A stretch of DNA of 64,000 nucleotides from Opitutaceae bacterium (GTDB taxonomy: Bacteria > Verrucomicrobiota > Verrucomicrobiia > Opitutales > Coraliomargaritaceae): the NCBI GenBank assembly GCA_051252375.1, contig JBPOFY010000002.1, positions 352,001 to 416,000 on the forward strand. Reading direction: 5' to 3'. Positions 9,463 through 19,212 of the stretch are shown one piece after another. Positions within the stretch are counted from its first letter, which is position 1. Every line of letters begins with the position of its first letter. The notes under the pieces are model-generated. The model was not told the origin of the DNA. It saw only the letters and a list, made by a program, of their open reading frames with translations, and made no database searches. Both the position numbers and the translations under genes were made by a program.

Positions 9463-10548
9463 TCAGGACCGATCCGCCATCTTTCGGATACACTGAAAGA
9501 GACCTAAGAAATTATCCTGAAAATCGTAGAACTTAAGTTGTTGTGCGATCTGTTCCACTTCTTCGTCCCCCAACACACGCGTTAAACCATATTGAATAGG
9601 TGACTGCGCGACGGCACGCATAATTGGCAGTAAGTCTTCAGTTCTTTCTGAAAGAGCAGGTAGCCTGACAACATTAGGGTTAAAGCGCGAGTAGAGCTCT
9701 CGATTCAGCTCCACAGGCTCGAGTTCTAACCCCGTATCACAACCTTCGAGGGCAATGATCCGCAGGCATGCCGCTATCTCCTTGAAATTACGTATCAACT
9801 GCTCTGTCACATGGGGTTCCAGTCGTTCGATACTGCGCAGTACCAAAGTTCCTCCACGCGCACGTTCCAACTCTTCGCCCCACTGACCATCCTGCGTAAA
9901 CAAGTCCTTCCCTGCTTCCCTGTTCAGTTCATCTCCACACTGAAACACAACACAACTCCCTCGCCGACAGAGACCGTATTTATGCAGTAGGCGCGCAATC
10001 TCGAGCTTACCGACCCCATCTGCGCCCTCGATAAGTATGGGAGCTTCTTCCATCAATAAACTAGTCAGTGCTTTCCTCACCCGACGAATCGACTCACTCT
10101 CTCCCAGAAGGATCGGACACTCAACCATCCTATCTTCAAATTCATGGCTATCGATGCAATCTAACCCCGCGCAATCATTGCTCAAAGCATCCTTCAGGGT
10201 TTCAATCAGGCGACTCACCTGAAAAGGTTTAGTGACGACATCTAGAATATTTTGGTCACGGGTAAAGTCTCTAACTGTATCATCAGGGAATCCAGTAATA
10301 ATCATGAACTGCACGCTCGGATTTATTAGAATAATCCGCTTCGCAATATCGATCCCGTCAATGGGCTCCATCTTGTAATCTGTAACCACTACAGAATGAC
10401 GTTTCTCTTCATAAAGCAGCAAGGCTTCGTTCCCATCGACTGCGAGGTCCACCTCACAATTCAATGCGTCGCAGACGATAGAGAGGAGCTCTAAATCGAC
10501 TAGACTATCGTCGATAATCAAGACGCTATGCTTTATAGTAGCACTCAC
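9463..10548 (-). CDS. response regulator with degenerate sigma54-activator-like AAA+ domain
   Basis: Receiver IIDD...TDYKM...TG...KPF; ILLGES and GADGVGK Walker A; LPALSERTEDL; no GAFTGA, no HTH. Confidence 0.8.
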   Translation of the reverse strand: MSATIKHSVLIIDDSLVDLELLSIVCDALNCEVDLAVDGNEALLLYEEKRHSVVVTDYKMEPIDGIDIAKRIILINPSVQFMIITGFPDDTVRDFTRDQNILDVVTKPFQVSRLIETLKDALSNDCAGLDCIDSHEFEDRMVECPILLGESESIRRVRKALTSLLMEEAPILIEGADGVGKLEIARLLHKYGLCRRGSCVVFQCGDELNREAGKDLFTQDGQWGEELERARGGTLVLRSIERLEPHVTEQLIRNFKEIAACLRIIALEGCDTGLELEPVELNRELYSRFNPNVVRLPALSERTEDLLPIMRAVAQSPIQYGLTRVLGDEEVEQIAQQLKFYDFQDNFLGLFQCIRKMADRS

Positions 10549-10721
10549 GATTAACAGGAAGTGGAGACAACTTATGATGAAATCATGTCACCAACTGTCA
10601 ACGGATTATACGTCAGTTGAATGCGCTTAACAGGCTCCTCATCTGCAAACGGCTACCTTCTTATAACATTCCGAACGTGTGCAACACGCTCCTCCAGCAA
10701 AGAGTCAAAACCAAGACCGAA

Positions 10722-11195
10722 TCACCATTGTGCAGCACAGTTCTGGTGAAGTTTCTCGTAGGCGCGCGACCACTCGGGGCGTTCCACTTGTCCGGAGTAA
10801 ATCGCCATGGCGATGTGTTGAATTTCCGATTCTCCCAATGAGACTGGAGCCTTCAGCCCATAATGATCAAGCTCTAAGGACATGAGGCTTTTGTGCTGCT
10901 CTGGAGTCGTCACGAAATCTGTAACAGCCGCGACGAAGGCGGCTGGCTCTGGATACTTTTGCAAATAGTGTGCACGCACACCCCAAAGCGGCGGCGCCAG
11001 CATGGCATCCAAACTGCGTTGCTCGATTCCGTGGCAGACATGGCAATGCGTCTGCATGAGCTGCATGCCCTGTCGAATCGCCTCAACCGGAAAGGCATCC
11101 GCCGTCTCAATATCGCGCCCCTTCTTGCAAGCTGAAAGGAGCCCGACGTAGAGCAACAGCATGAATAACAATGATACAGGATAACGAGTAGGCAT
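10722..11195 (-). CDS. monohaem cytochrome c lipoprotein
   Basis: Lipobox LSAC, CHVCH haem motif, APPL motif. Confidence 0.8.
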   Translation of the reverse strand: MPTRYPVSLLFMLLLYVGLLSACKKGRDIETADAFPVEAIRQGMQLMQTHCHVCHGIEQRSLDAMLAPPLWGVRAHYLQKYPEPAAFVAAVTDFVTTPEQHKSLMSLELDHYGLKAPVSLGESEIQHIAMAIYSGQVERPEWSRAYEKLHQNCAAQW

Positions 11196-11378
11196 TTCTT
11201 AATGCGAGAGGAACAAGGAAAGCTGTATATATAAAAAATCGAGCAAACACACAAGTTCGATATCGACCGCTATTAAACTAGTAGTGCCGCTAACCGAATT
11301 CTGCACCTGAAATAGCTGAAGAATTGATTCAACTAACGGCGGCAAAATAGAAACTGCCCCCTTGCCAAGAGATGACTT

Positions 11379-11867
11379 ATGACTATCCTCAAAGATGTTA
11401 TGAAAAACGCTACCCCTGCAATACTTGGCAGCTTGCTGCTTTCCGGGATCATGTTAATGACGCCCGTTTCAGGAAAGGTCACCACCGAGACAAATACCAA
11501 AGAAGCACTTTGGACCGAAGCTGATATCGAAGCCCGTCTCAAAACGATCACCGTTGAGGATTTCAAGATCGAGAAAGTCCCCTTATCTCAGGCACTGGTT
11601 CACCTCGACAACGTGCTAGAACCGCACGGCTTACAAATAAAATTCAGACCTACAAAAGAAAAGGACCCAGTAGTCCAACTGAAGACAAGAAATCTAACTA
11701 TGGCACGGAATCTGAGTTTCTTGAGCCAACAAGTTGGCTATGACTGGTGGGTCGAGGATGGCGTCATCATCGTAGCAACTCCCGGCAGTGGCGATGCCCT
11801 GGTCACCGAGTTCATTCCAGTCAAATCAACCACTGTTCGCCGCCTAACATACTCCCAAGGGTTTTAA
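11379..11867 (+). CDS. secreted protein with STN/secretin N-terminal-like domain
   Basis: Signal/TM segment, then VPLSQAL...VQLKTRNLTMARNLSFLSQQVGYDWWVEDGVIIV pattern typical of STN domains. Confidence 0.55.
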   Translation: MTILKDVMKNATPAILGSLLLSGIMLMTPVSGKVTTETNTKEALWTEADIEARLKTITVEDFKIEKVPLSQALVHLDNVLEPHGLQIKFRPTKEKDPVVQLKTRNLTMARNLSFLSQQVGYDWWVEDGVIIVATPGSGDALVTEFIPVKSTTVRRLTYSQGF

Positions 11868-11936
11868 TCGTAGAACATTGACTGTAAATGAATGATGCGA
11901 GTTGACGATTTGTATGCTCGCTGACATAGAAGCAGC

Positions 11937-13127
11937 ATGCATTATCGTCGCTTCGGTCGCACAAATATAGATCTATCTGTTTTCAGCTTTGGCGGGATGC
12001 GCTTGCCTCGTGGTTGGGAGAAGGGGATAACTCCGGACCAACTGACCACGAAGGATCGCGACGCAATCTGCGCTACACTGGATCGCAGTTTTGAGCTCGG
12101 GATCAACCACGTTGAGACCGCATCTGGTTATGTTAATTCCGAGCAATGGCTAGGCTTTGCATTGAACCCACATCCGCGTGAAAGCTACTACCTGCAAACC
12201 AAGGTCGCGCCAAACGCAGACCCGAAGAAGTTTGAGCAAGAATTAGAAAACTCCTGTCGCCTAATGAAGGCCGACTATATCGACTTGTTTGGTTTTCATG
12301 GGATTAACGTGCAAGAAGAGCTCGACTGGACACTGCGTCCCGGTGGTTGTATGGAAGTTGCCCGCCGCTGGCAAAAAGAAGGTCGCATCCGAAATATCGG
12401 TTTCTCCACACACGCCTCCTGCGATCTCATCATCAAAGCAATCGAAACCGGTGAGTTCGATTATGTGAATTTGCATTGGTATTTCATCAATCAGACGAAT
12501 TGGGCAGCAGTTGAAGCGGCGACCAAGCAAGACATGGGCGTCTTCATCATCAGTCCGTCAGACAAGGGCGGTCAGCTTTTCAAAGCACCTCAAAAGCTAA
12601 CAGACGTCTGCGCCCCACTCCACCCGATCACTTTCAATGATCTCTTCTGCTTGCGCCAAAAGGAAGTGCACACGCTCAGCCTCGGCGCCTCATGCCTGAC
12701 AGACTACGATGAGCACATGGAAGCACTGAAGTATTATGACCGGATCGACGCGACTATCAGTCCGATCGAGGCACGTATCTACGAGACGATGGTGAACGCA
12801 CTCGGTGCCGACTGGTGGCCTAGCTATATCGAAGGTCTGCCATGGTATTCAAAGGTTCCCGGCGAGCTAAACCTACCCTACATCTTGCGTCTCTGGAGTC
12901 TCGCCAAGGGGATGGATATGGTCGATTACGGCAAATACCGCTACGGTATGATCGAAGGTGGCGATGGAGGTCACTGGATGGGCGGGAAGCCCGCACTGAA
13001 CTTCGACGAGGCTGCCATCCGCGATGTGATTGCCACGCACCCACATCGCGATCGGATACCTGATATTCTGCGTGAAGCCCATCTGCTGCTGACAGGTGAG
13101 AAACAAGAGCGCCTTAGCACCGATTAA
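11937..13127 (+). CDS. aldo/keto reductase
   Basis: MHYRRFGRT, FSFGGMR, GINHVETASGY, QTKV, DYIDLFGFHG, IGFSTH. Confidence 0.92.
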   Translation: MHYRRFGRTNIDLSVFSFGGMRLPRGWEKGITPDQLTTKDRDAICATLDRSFELGINHVETASGYVNSEQWLGFALNPHPRESYYLQTKVAPNADPKKFEQELENSCRLMKADYIDLFGFHGINVQEELDWTLRPGGCMEVARRWQKEGRIRNIGFSTHASCDLIIKAIETGEFDYVNLHWYFINQTNWAAVEAATKQDMGVFIISPSDKGGQLFKAPQKLTDVCAPLHPITFNDLFCLRQKEVHTLSLGASCLTDYDEHMEALKYYDRIDATISPIEARIYETMVNALGADWWPSYIEGLPWYSKVPGELNLPYILRLWSLAKGMDMVDYGKYRYGMIEGGDGGHWMGGKPALNFDEAAIRDVIATHPHRDRIPDILREAHLLLTGEKQERLSTD

Positions 13128-13177
13128 AAAGAGTCAAAAGTAAGCAGCAGTTGCACGCTTGATCGACGTCACTGCGT

Positions 13178-14029
13178 ATGCAGCATAATGCTTCCCTCCA
13201 CACCGTGTCTAAATACCTACCTATACTTTCCATCCTGCTCGCGCATTTGCTCAGCCCTTCTTCGGTCTTTGCAGATCTCATCAACCTAAAAGGTGCGAAC
13301 GGACAAGTGGCGCGCTTCAACATACAATCGGTGCAGGACGATGGCATCATGGCACAAAGCGAAGGTGCATATACATTTAATCTCATTCAATGGGAGCATC
13401 TCGACTTGGAATGGCTCCAAGAGAATCAATCAGAAATTTGGCAGGACAAACTAAAATTCGATGCGAAGAGGAAGATCGCCTACAAAGACTTTAAATTCGG
13501 ACAAACACGCATTGAAGTGCATTCCCTCATGAATGCTATGAAGGCGAAAAGCGTCCCATCGAGTTGCTTCAATGAAACAGATCCTCGTGCGACATGGGTC
13601 CTCTTTGACCCCAAAACAGCACGTCGATTTGGTCGCTTGATTTATGTAAACGAACGCCTCGTTGAAATCGAAATACACATCAATTTCAATGAATACGTAG
13701 GCATGAAGTCTGAATGGGAGAACCTACAAAAGTTAGCCGCTGAATACCTCTTAAAGCCCGAAGAGAGCAACTACTTCCCGCGAGCATCCGACTGGGAGCG
13801 ATGGAAGACTAAGACTGCCCAAAAAGAGCAAAAGCTACTGACGACCCACCGTTGGAGCGACGAAACGAGAACGGCCGAACTCGGACTACAATTTCAAAAA
13901 TTCGACCTCGGACCAGCCGTCAGCACGACGCACCGTTTAACTGTGTTTGGTGCGGCAGCAAATACTAAGGTAGCGCGTAGCACAGACAGTAATTGGGTCG
14001 TATATAAGACCCAGCAAACGAGCCAGTAA
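13178..14029 (+). CDS. hypothetical secreted protein
   Basis: 283-aa ORF with signal peptide ending VFA. Confidence 0.6.
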   Translation: MQHNASLHTVSKYLPILSILLAHLLSPSSVFADLINLKGANGQVARFNIQSVQDDGIMAQSEGAYTFNLIQWEHLDLEWLQENQSEIWQDKLKFDAKRKIAYKDFKFGQTRIEVHSLMNAMKAKSVPSSCFNETDPRATWVLFDPKTARRFGRLIYVNERLVEIEIHINFNEYVGMKSEWENLQKLAAEYLLKPEESNYFPRASDWERWKTKTAQKEQKLLTTHRWSDETRTAELGLQFQKFDLGPAVSTTHRLTVFGAAANTKVARSTDSNWVVYKTQQTSQ

Positions 14030-14116
14030 CGCGTAGCGATCACGACTATTGAATTTGATAACGGACCACACTAGCCTGCTGCTTTTGCAACCAGAACCAT
14101 ATACGCACCCAATCTC

Positions 14117-15130
14117 ATGAAAGCTATCGGCTATCAAAACTCGCTCCCCATCACCGAATCAAATTCCTTGATCGACATTGAACTCCCCCAGCCGGTGGCG
14201 ACTGGTCGCGACATTCTAGTCAAAGTGGAAGCAATCTCCGTAAATCCGGTCGATACTAAGGTGCGCATGCGAGCCGAAACTGAGGACGGTGGTTATAAAG
14301 TATTGGGTTGGGATGCCAGCGGCACAGTAGAGGCCGTCGGCGACGCAGTGGAGTTCTTTGAGCCCGGGCAGCGTGTCTGGTATGCAGGCGCTTTGGATCG
14401 CCCCGGCACCAACGCCGAATACCATTTGGTGGATGAACGTATCGTCGGCGCAATGCCGGAGCGCATAAGCTTTCCTGCAGCTGCAGCGATGCCTTTGACC
14501 ACCATCACCGCGTGGGAGATGCTCTTCGATCGTCTCGGCTTAAACGCAAACAGCACCGGCACACTGCTGGTGATCGGTGGTGCCGGCGGCGTGGGGTCCA
14601 TGCTCATACAGCTGGCCAAACAATTGACGAAGCTCACCGTGATCGCCACAGCCTCACGCGAAGCGACCATTGATTGGGTGCATTCACTCGGTGCCGACCA
14701 TGTGATCAACCACCGCGAGCCCATGCTAGCGCAACTCAAGGCACTCGACATCGAATCCGTCGATCACATCGCCAGCACAACGCACTCCGACATACATTTG
14801 CCCGCCATCATTGAGATCATCGCCCCGCAAGGTTCGCTCTGCCTCATCGATGATCCAAAAAGTTTTGATATACTCCCATTCAAGTTAAAGAGCGTGAGCA
14901 TTCATTGGGAACTGATGTTTACGCGCTCACTCTTCAAAACCGAAGACATGATCAAACAGCGCGACTTACTCAATAAAGTCGCTACCATGGTCGATGAAGG
15001 GAAACTAGAGACCACTATTGCGGAAACCTTTGGCAGCATCAATGCCGACAATCTCAAACGCGCCCACGCCCTACTCGAGTCCGGCAAGTCCATGGGTAAG
15101 ATTGTGCTCGCAGGTTTCGAAGAGGCATAA
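14117..15130 (+). CDS. zinc-type alcohol dehydrogenase-like / quinone oxidoreductase (MDR family)
   Basis: AISVNPVDTKVR, LGWDASG, GGAGGVGS, KSVSIHWELMF, GKIVL. Confidence 0.93.
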   Translation: MKAIGYQNSLPITESNSLIDIELPQPVATGRDILVKVEAISVNPVDTKVRMRAETEDGGYKVLGWDASGTVEAVGDAVEFFEPGQRVWYAGALDRPGTNAEYHLVDERIVGAMPERISFPAAAAMPLTTITAWEMLFDRLGLNANSTGTLLVIGGAGGVGSMLIQLAKQLTKLTVIATASREATIDWVHSLGADHVINHREPMLAQLKALDIESVDHIASTTHSDIHLPAIIEIIAPQGSLCLIDDPKSFDILPFKLKSVSIHWELMFTRSLFKTEDMIKQRDLLNKVATMVDEGKLETTIAETFGSINADNLKRAHALLESGKSMGKIVLAGFEEA

Positions 15131-15267
15131 ATTTACAGGCCTATTTGGAACAATTCAGTCTCAACGAGAAGTCTAACTAATCGCCCATCCCAAGGCTCCC
15201 CAGCGACAATTACGATACGTCTAAATTGTCCGATCAAGATAGTAACTGTATCCAGCGTATTGGATAG

Positions 15268-16134
15268 TTATCGATGCGATTTATAAAACTTACCCAGCGG
15301 CGTCAAACTGCCATCCTTACGAAAAAGAGCTGAAGTGCCCAAAGCGGCATTACTTTCACCAGCAGGAAACCAGCAATAACGCTCTACGTAATCGAGCTCA
15401 TCAAGTCGAGGCAGCACTTCTTGCATAAAGCGCAAAACCTTTTGCGGAGAATGCCTATTCTCAGCAGCCGATTTGGCATTCCAATCTCCCACGGCAAATT
15501 CAGTAATCCAAATGGGTTTACCATACATTTGATGCACTTTCTTTACTCGCTGAATCAAACTATCCGCGTTAGGGCCACCATACCAATGCATGGTGACAAA
15601 ATCCACGCGCAGATTTTGCTCATTCGCTTTACGCATGAATTCCTGCATCCACTCATTGTCGGGATGCACCGCTCCGGGGCTACCTAGACGCAAGCCGGTC
15701 TTCATTAGATGTGGCCATGCTTTCAATGCGCGTTCCACCGACATATTCGACTGACTCTTCTGATCGGGCTCATTAAAGCCCAGCAAATGCTTTGTTTGCC
15801 CACGGCTCTTTTGCAGCGCCAGGTCATCCATCAGCTTCAAGAAACCATCAGACGCACCCCAAAAGCCCCAAATCATCGGCACAAACTCGACACCGTCCGG
15901 CTCTGGCTCGGGCAACTTACCTGCCCATGAATAATGCCAGCTCACATCAAATTGGTCGACCCTCGCCTTCCACTTGTCCGCGTTGCCTTTCTTCGTCGTG
16001 AGACAAATCCCTTTCTTCGAGACGTAGAAACGGCTCGTCTTCGGGTATTTCTGAGCAGAGGTCTGCCCGCAAAGCCCAAGGGTAAATCCCACAAGGACAA
16101 AAAACAGGGTAAGGATAATCGAAAATTTTTTCAT
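15268..16134 (-). CDS. secreted GH128-like glycoside hydrolase (putative beta-1,3-glucanase)
   Basis: WHYSW, EFVPMIWG, LLGFNEPD, MHWY, KPIWITEF, VERYCWF; two catalytic Glu positions present. Confidence 0.85.
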   Translation of the reverse strand: MKKFSIILTLFFVLVGFTLGLCGQTSAQKYPKTSRFYVSKKGICLTTKKGNADKWKARVDQFDVSWHYSWAGKLPEPEPDGVEFVPMIWGFWGASDGFLKLMDDLALQKSRGQTKHLLGFNEPDQKSQSNMSVERALKAWPHLMKTGLRLGSPGAVHPDNEWMQEFMRKANEQNLRVDFVTMHWYGGPNADSLIQRVKKVHQMYGKPIWITEFAVGDWNAKSAAENRHSPQKVLRFMQEVLPRLDELDYVERYCWFPAGESNAALGTSALFRKDGSLTPLGKFYKSHR

Positions 16135-16246
16135 GTATGCCTATAATATACACTATATTATTAGGTATATATACAGCTAACTTGCGCCGCCGACAGAAAT
16201 TGCTAAACCTTGGAACAATGCACCCCAAGATTCAGTCCATTAAACA

Positions 16247-16996
16247 GTGAAACCTCTATTTTCCTATTGCTGCCTGCTTTTTGCACTGTCTCTCCCGCTT
16301 CAGGCCGAGCTACCATTTTCCGCAGGCGACCGTTTCACATATGACCTACATTGGAGCTTTATTAAAGTCGGCAAGGCTGAGCTGAACTTCGCAGAGAGCA
16401 CCCTCCCCACGGTAGACCAGCCACTCATCCTCGCTTCGTTCACGGTTCGCACCAGTGGCATCGCTGATAAATTATTTAAAGTCCGCGACAAGATCGAGAC
16501 ATGGATCGAGCCAAGCACGGGGCGACCACTCCTCTACAAAAAAGAACAACGAGAGGGAAAGACCGAGCGAGATATCGAAGTCGTATTCGACTGGGAAAGC
16601 ATGACCGCCAGCTACACGAAGAACGGTGAAACCTACGACCCACTCCCCATCACCTTAGAAACGCGCGACCCACTCTCACTGATCGTCGCCATCGCAGGCA
16701 CGAAATTCACGAAAGACAAAACACATTCGCTCGCTGCGACCGATGGCAAACGCCTCGTCTCGATCGATATCTTACGAAAAAAAGACAGGAAACTAAAACT
16801 CAAGGCTGGCAAATTCACTGCGCAGCATTTCGAAGTCGCCACCAACGAGCTACAAGGTGTTTTCGAGAAAAGCCCCGATGCCAGCATCGAACTCTGGCTG
16901 AGCCAAGACACCCCCGCTATGCCTCTAAAAATGAAGAGTGAAGTCGCCGTGGGCAGTTTCTACGGGATACTACGTTCTTACTCTGTTAAGAAGTAG
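16247..16996 (+). CDS. DUF3108 family secreted protein
   Basis: PFSAGDRFTYDLHWSFIKVG, FKVRD, DPLS, IELWLS..P.KMKSEVAVGS. Confidence 0.8.
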   Translation: MKPLFSYCCLLFALSLPLQAELPFSAGDRFTYDLHWSFIKVGKAELNFAESTLPTVDQPLILASFTVRTSGIADKLFKVRDKIETWIEPSTGRPLLYKKEQREGKTERDIEVVFDWESMTASYTKNGETYDPLPITLETRDPLSLIVAIAGTKFTKDKTHSLAATDGKRLVSIDILRKKDRKLKLKAGKFTAQHFEVATNELQGVFEKSPDASIELWLSQDTPAMPLKMKSEVAVGSFYGILRSYSVKK

Positions 16997-17006
16997 GAAT
17001 GAACGT

Positions 17007-17219
17007 TTAATAATGCGGCGGCTTTTCATCTGCCGGCATGCTGTCCCCAGCGCCACCTTCGGCGAGCGCCTCAAGTTGTAGCTTTTGAGTCTGAAAAGCA
17101 GTGAGCAGCACATCGACCCGCTTGGAAAGGCGATAGATCTCAGTATCTTGCTCAGCCACATGCTGCTCGATTTTGTTTAGGCGCTCTTCAAGAGCTTCTA
17201 TGGAAGATTTTTCTGACAT
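17007..17219 (-). CDS. slyX: SlyX family protein
   Basis: Coiled coil ending EKPPHY. Confidence 0.88.
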   Translation of the reverse strand: MSEKSSIEALEERLNKIEQHVAEQDTEIYRLSKRVDVLLTAFQTQKLQLEALAEGGAGDSMPADEKPPHY

Positions 17220-17377
17220 CTCGATAAAACTGTCCTACTACCAGATATCAGTCGATCTTCAATATATGTAAAGCACGTGTAAAATAGTTACAAAATAGAT
17301 GTTAAAGAGGGCTGCCTTGGAGCTAATATCCCGAGTATCATTGCAAAAATAGCGGTTCTTAGACTAGAAATTACGTA

Positions 17378-17848
17378 ATGAAGATCGAAAAACAACGCAG
17401 CCAAAAAGGCTTCTCACTGGTCGAAATGATCGTGGGGATCTTCGTGATGTCAGTGGTCATCACGGGAGGACTCATCGGTCTAACTCAAGCAAATCTCTTG
17501 AGCGAAAAAGCCAGCGAACAAGCTATGGCCGATTTCCTACTTCGCGTCGAAGCAGAGCGCATGCGATCGATGGACTGGTCCGAAGTCACCACACTCGCCG
17601 ATACGATCATTGCATACGAAAAGAAACACAACGGAGATCGTTACAATACTCTGCAATCAATGAGCGACGACGATTTGAGCGATGCAAACATGACTGCCGA
17701 AATTAAAACCGCAGACCTCAACTCCGGCGGTATTGTTGGAAAACAAATTTTTCACGTCACCCTGAACTGGGAAGATAAAACAGGCAAAGATCACTCGGAA
17801 AGCCGCGTGCTTGTCATTACAGAAGGAGGCTTCAGTGCAGATAGTTAA
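17378..17848 (+). CDS. prepilin-type N-terminal cleavage protein (PilV-like minor pilin/pseudopilin)
   Basis: KG|FSLVEM class III signal followed by hydrophobic helix. Confidence 0.85.
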   Translation: MKIEKQRSQKGFSLVEMIVGIFVMSVVITGGLIGLTQANLLSEKASEQAMADFLLRVEAERMRSMDWSEVTTLADTIIAYEKKHNGDRYNTLQSMSDDDLSDANMTAEIKTADLNSGGIVGKQIFHVTLNWEDKTGKDHSESRVLVITEGGFSADS

Positions 17849-18359
17849 ACCATCCAATAAGAAGCGAGGCATGAGCCTAGTCGAGCTCATCGTCGCCGTA
17901 ACGATCTTTGGTTTTGTCGCAATCGGCTCGGCAAGTTCCGCCGTCCTCTTTGCTAAAATTGCCAGCAGTCATGAAAACCAGTCGGACTTCCGCAGCGACC
18001 TGCGTATCGGATTCGAACAAATGTCCTTTGATGTGCGCAACGCCAACGGTGTCTCCAATCGTGCGAACAAAACCTTCACCCTCACTTACACTGACAGCCC
18101 AGATATCCGCTATTGGTATAACGCAAGCAAGGAGGTTATCTACCGTCAAGAAGTCGGCGGCTCAAGGACGACCGTCATTCACAACGTAAGTGCCTTTGAC
18201 GTGCTCACCAGCTCTGGAGATGTGGGTAACAATACCATTCTGACCTATGACAGTGATGAGATCTCACTGGAGACAATCACCCTCAGGACGAGCAATGGAC
18301 GCACAAAGGAGTCTGAACTCACGATGACGAATCTAACCCTTAAACTACGCAGCAGCTAA
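17835..18359 (+). CDS. prepilin-type protein (PilW/PulJ-like)
   Basis: RG|MSLVEL signal; GTG at 17835 preceded by AAGGAGG; overlaps upstream gene. Confidence 0.85.
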   Translation: MQIVKPSNKKRGMSLVELIVAVTIFGFVAIGSASSAVLFAKIASSHENQSDFRSDLRIGFEQMSFDVRNANGVSNRANKTFTLTYTDSPDIRYWYNASKEVIYRQEVGGSRTTVIHNVSAFDVLTSSGDVGNNTILTYDSDEISLETITLRTSNGRTKESELTMTNLTLKLRSS

Positions 18360-19192
18360 TGCAATCGACACACAAACATACCGTTGATGCCATCGCTTCG
18401 AGTCAAAGAGGCTCGGCTTTGATCATTTCTATCATTTTCACTGCGGTGATAACAATCGGTCTCGCAGGCTTATTGCCAATGATGCTCACCGAGTGGAAAA
18501 GTAATTCACGCAACAGTGCCCAGGAAGCCGCTTTTAGTTTAGCGGAATCTGGTGTCGACGAAGCCATCTGGGCGATTCTCGAATACGGCAGCGACGAGGA
18601 ATTGTGGATTAAGGGAGAGTGGAAAGCATCGGATAACGGCAATTATTGGTATAAAGAATGGGCACTCGCAGAGATGAGCGTGGAACTCGGAGATATATAT
18701 AGCCTCGATGAAGGGCGAGAAGGCTTATATCGCGTCATCGCCCAGAAGATAAATGGCTCAGTAATTAATATTGTCAGCCAAGGCATCGTCATTGGCGGGT
18801 CGAATGTAGCGAGTGACTTCGAAGTCACTCGCTATATCGAAACTCAATTCCGACGCCCCAACCCTGCAGGGTATGGACTGATTGCACGCGATGGATTGGA
18901 TTTCAATGGGAAGCCCTTCTTCGACAGTTACGACTCAAGAGAATTCCCCTATGATTACTCCTTCGAGGTCAACAGCGGCGACGAAGTCACTGTTGGTTCC
19001 GTCTCTGAAGCGCTCGTCAAACTCGATTTAGGCAACTCCATCATCTATGGCGACCTCGCAACTGGCGGCGCGGATGACGGCTCCGACCCAAGAAGCGGAT
19101 CGACCGTTACCGGCGATATGATTTGGGACTTTGACATGGACTTCCCAGAAGTCACCAAACCCGCTGGCTATACTTCCTGGAGTGCACCTTAA
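18359..19192 (+). CDS. PilX-like minor pilin (N-terminal part)
   Basis: QRG|SALIISI signal lacking Glu5; AFSLAESGVDEAIW PilX-N motif; FDSYDS; TAATG coupling to the upstream gene. Confidence 0.8.
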   Translation: MQSTHKHTVDAIASSQRGSALIISIIFTAVITIGLAGLLPMMLTEWKSNSRNSAQEAAFSLAESGVDEAIWAILEYGSDEELWIKGEWKASDNGNYWYKEWALAEMSVELGDIYSLDEGREGLYRVIAQKINGSVINIVSQGIVIGGSNVASDFEVTRYIETQFRRPNPAGYGLIARDGLDFNGKPFFDSYDSREFPYDYSFEVNSGDEVTVGSVSEALVKLDLGNSIIYGDLATGGADDGSDPRSGSTVTGDMIWDFDMDFPEVTKPAGYTSWSAP

Positions 19193-19212
19193 AACTTTAA
19201 ACATCACGTATC

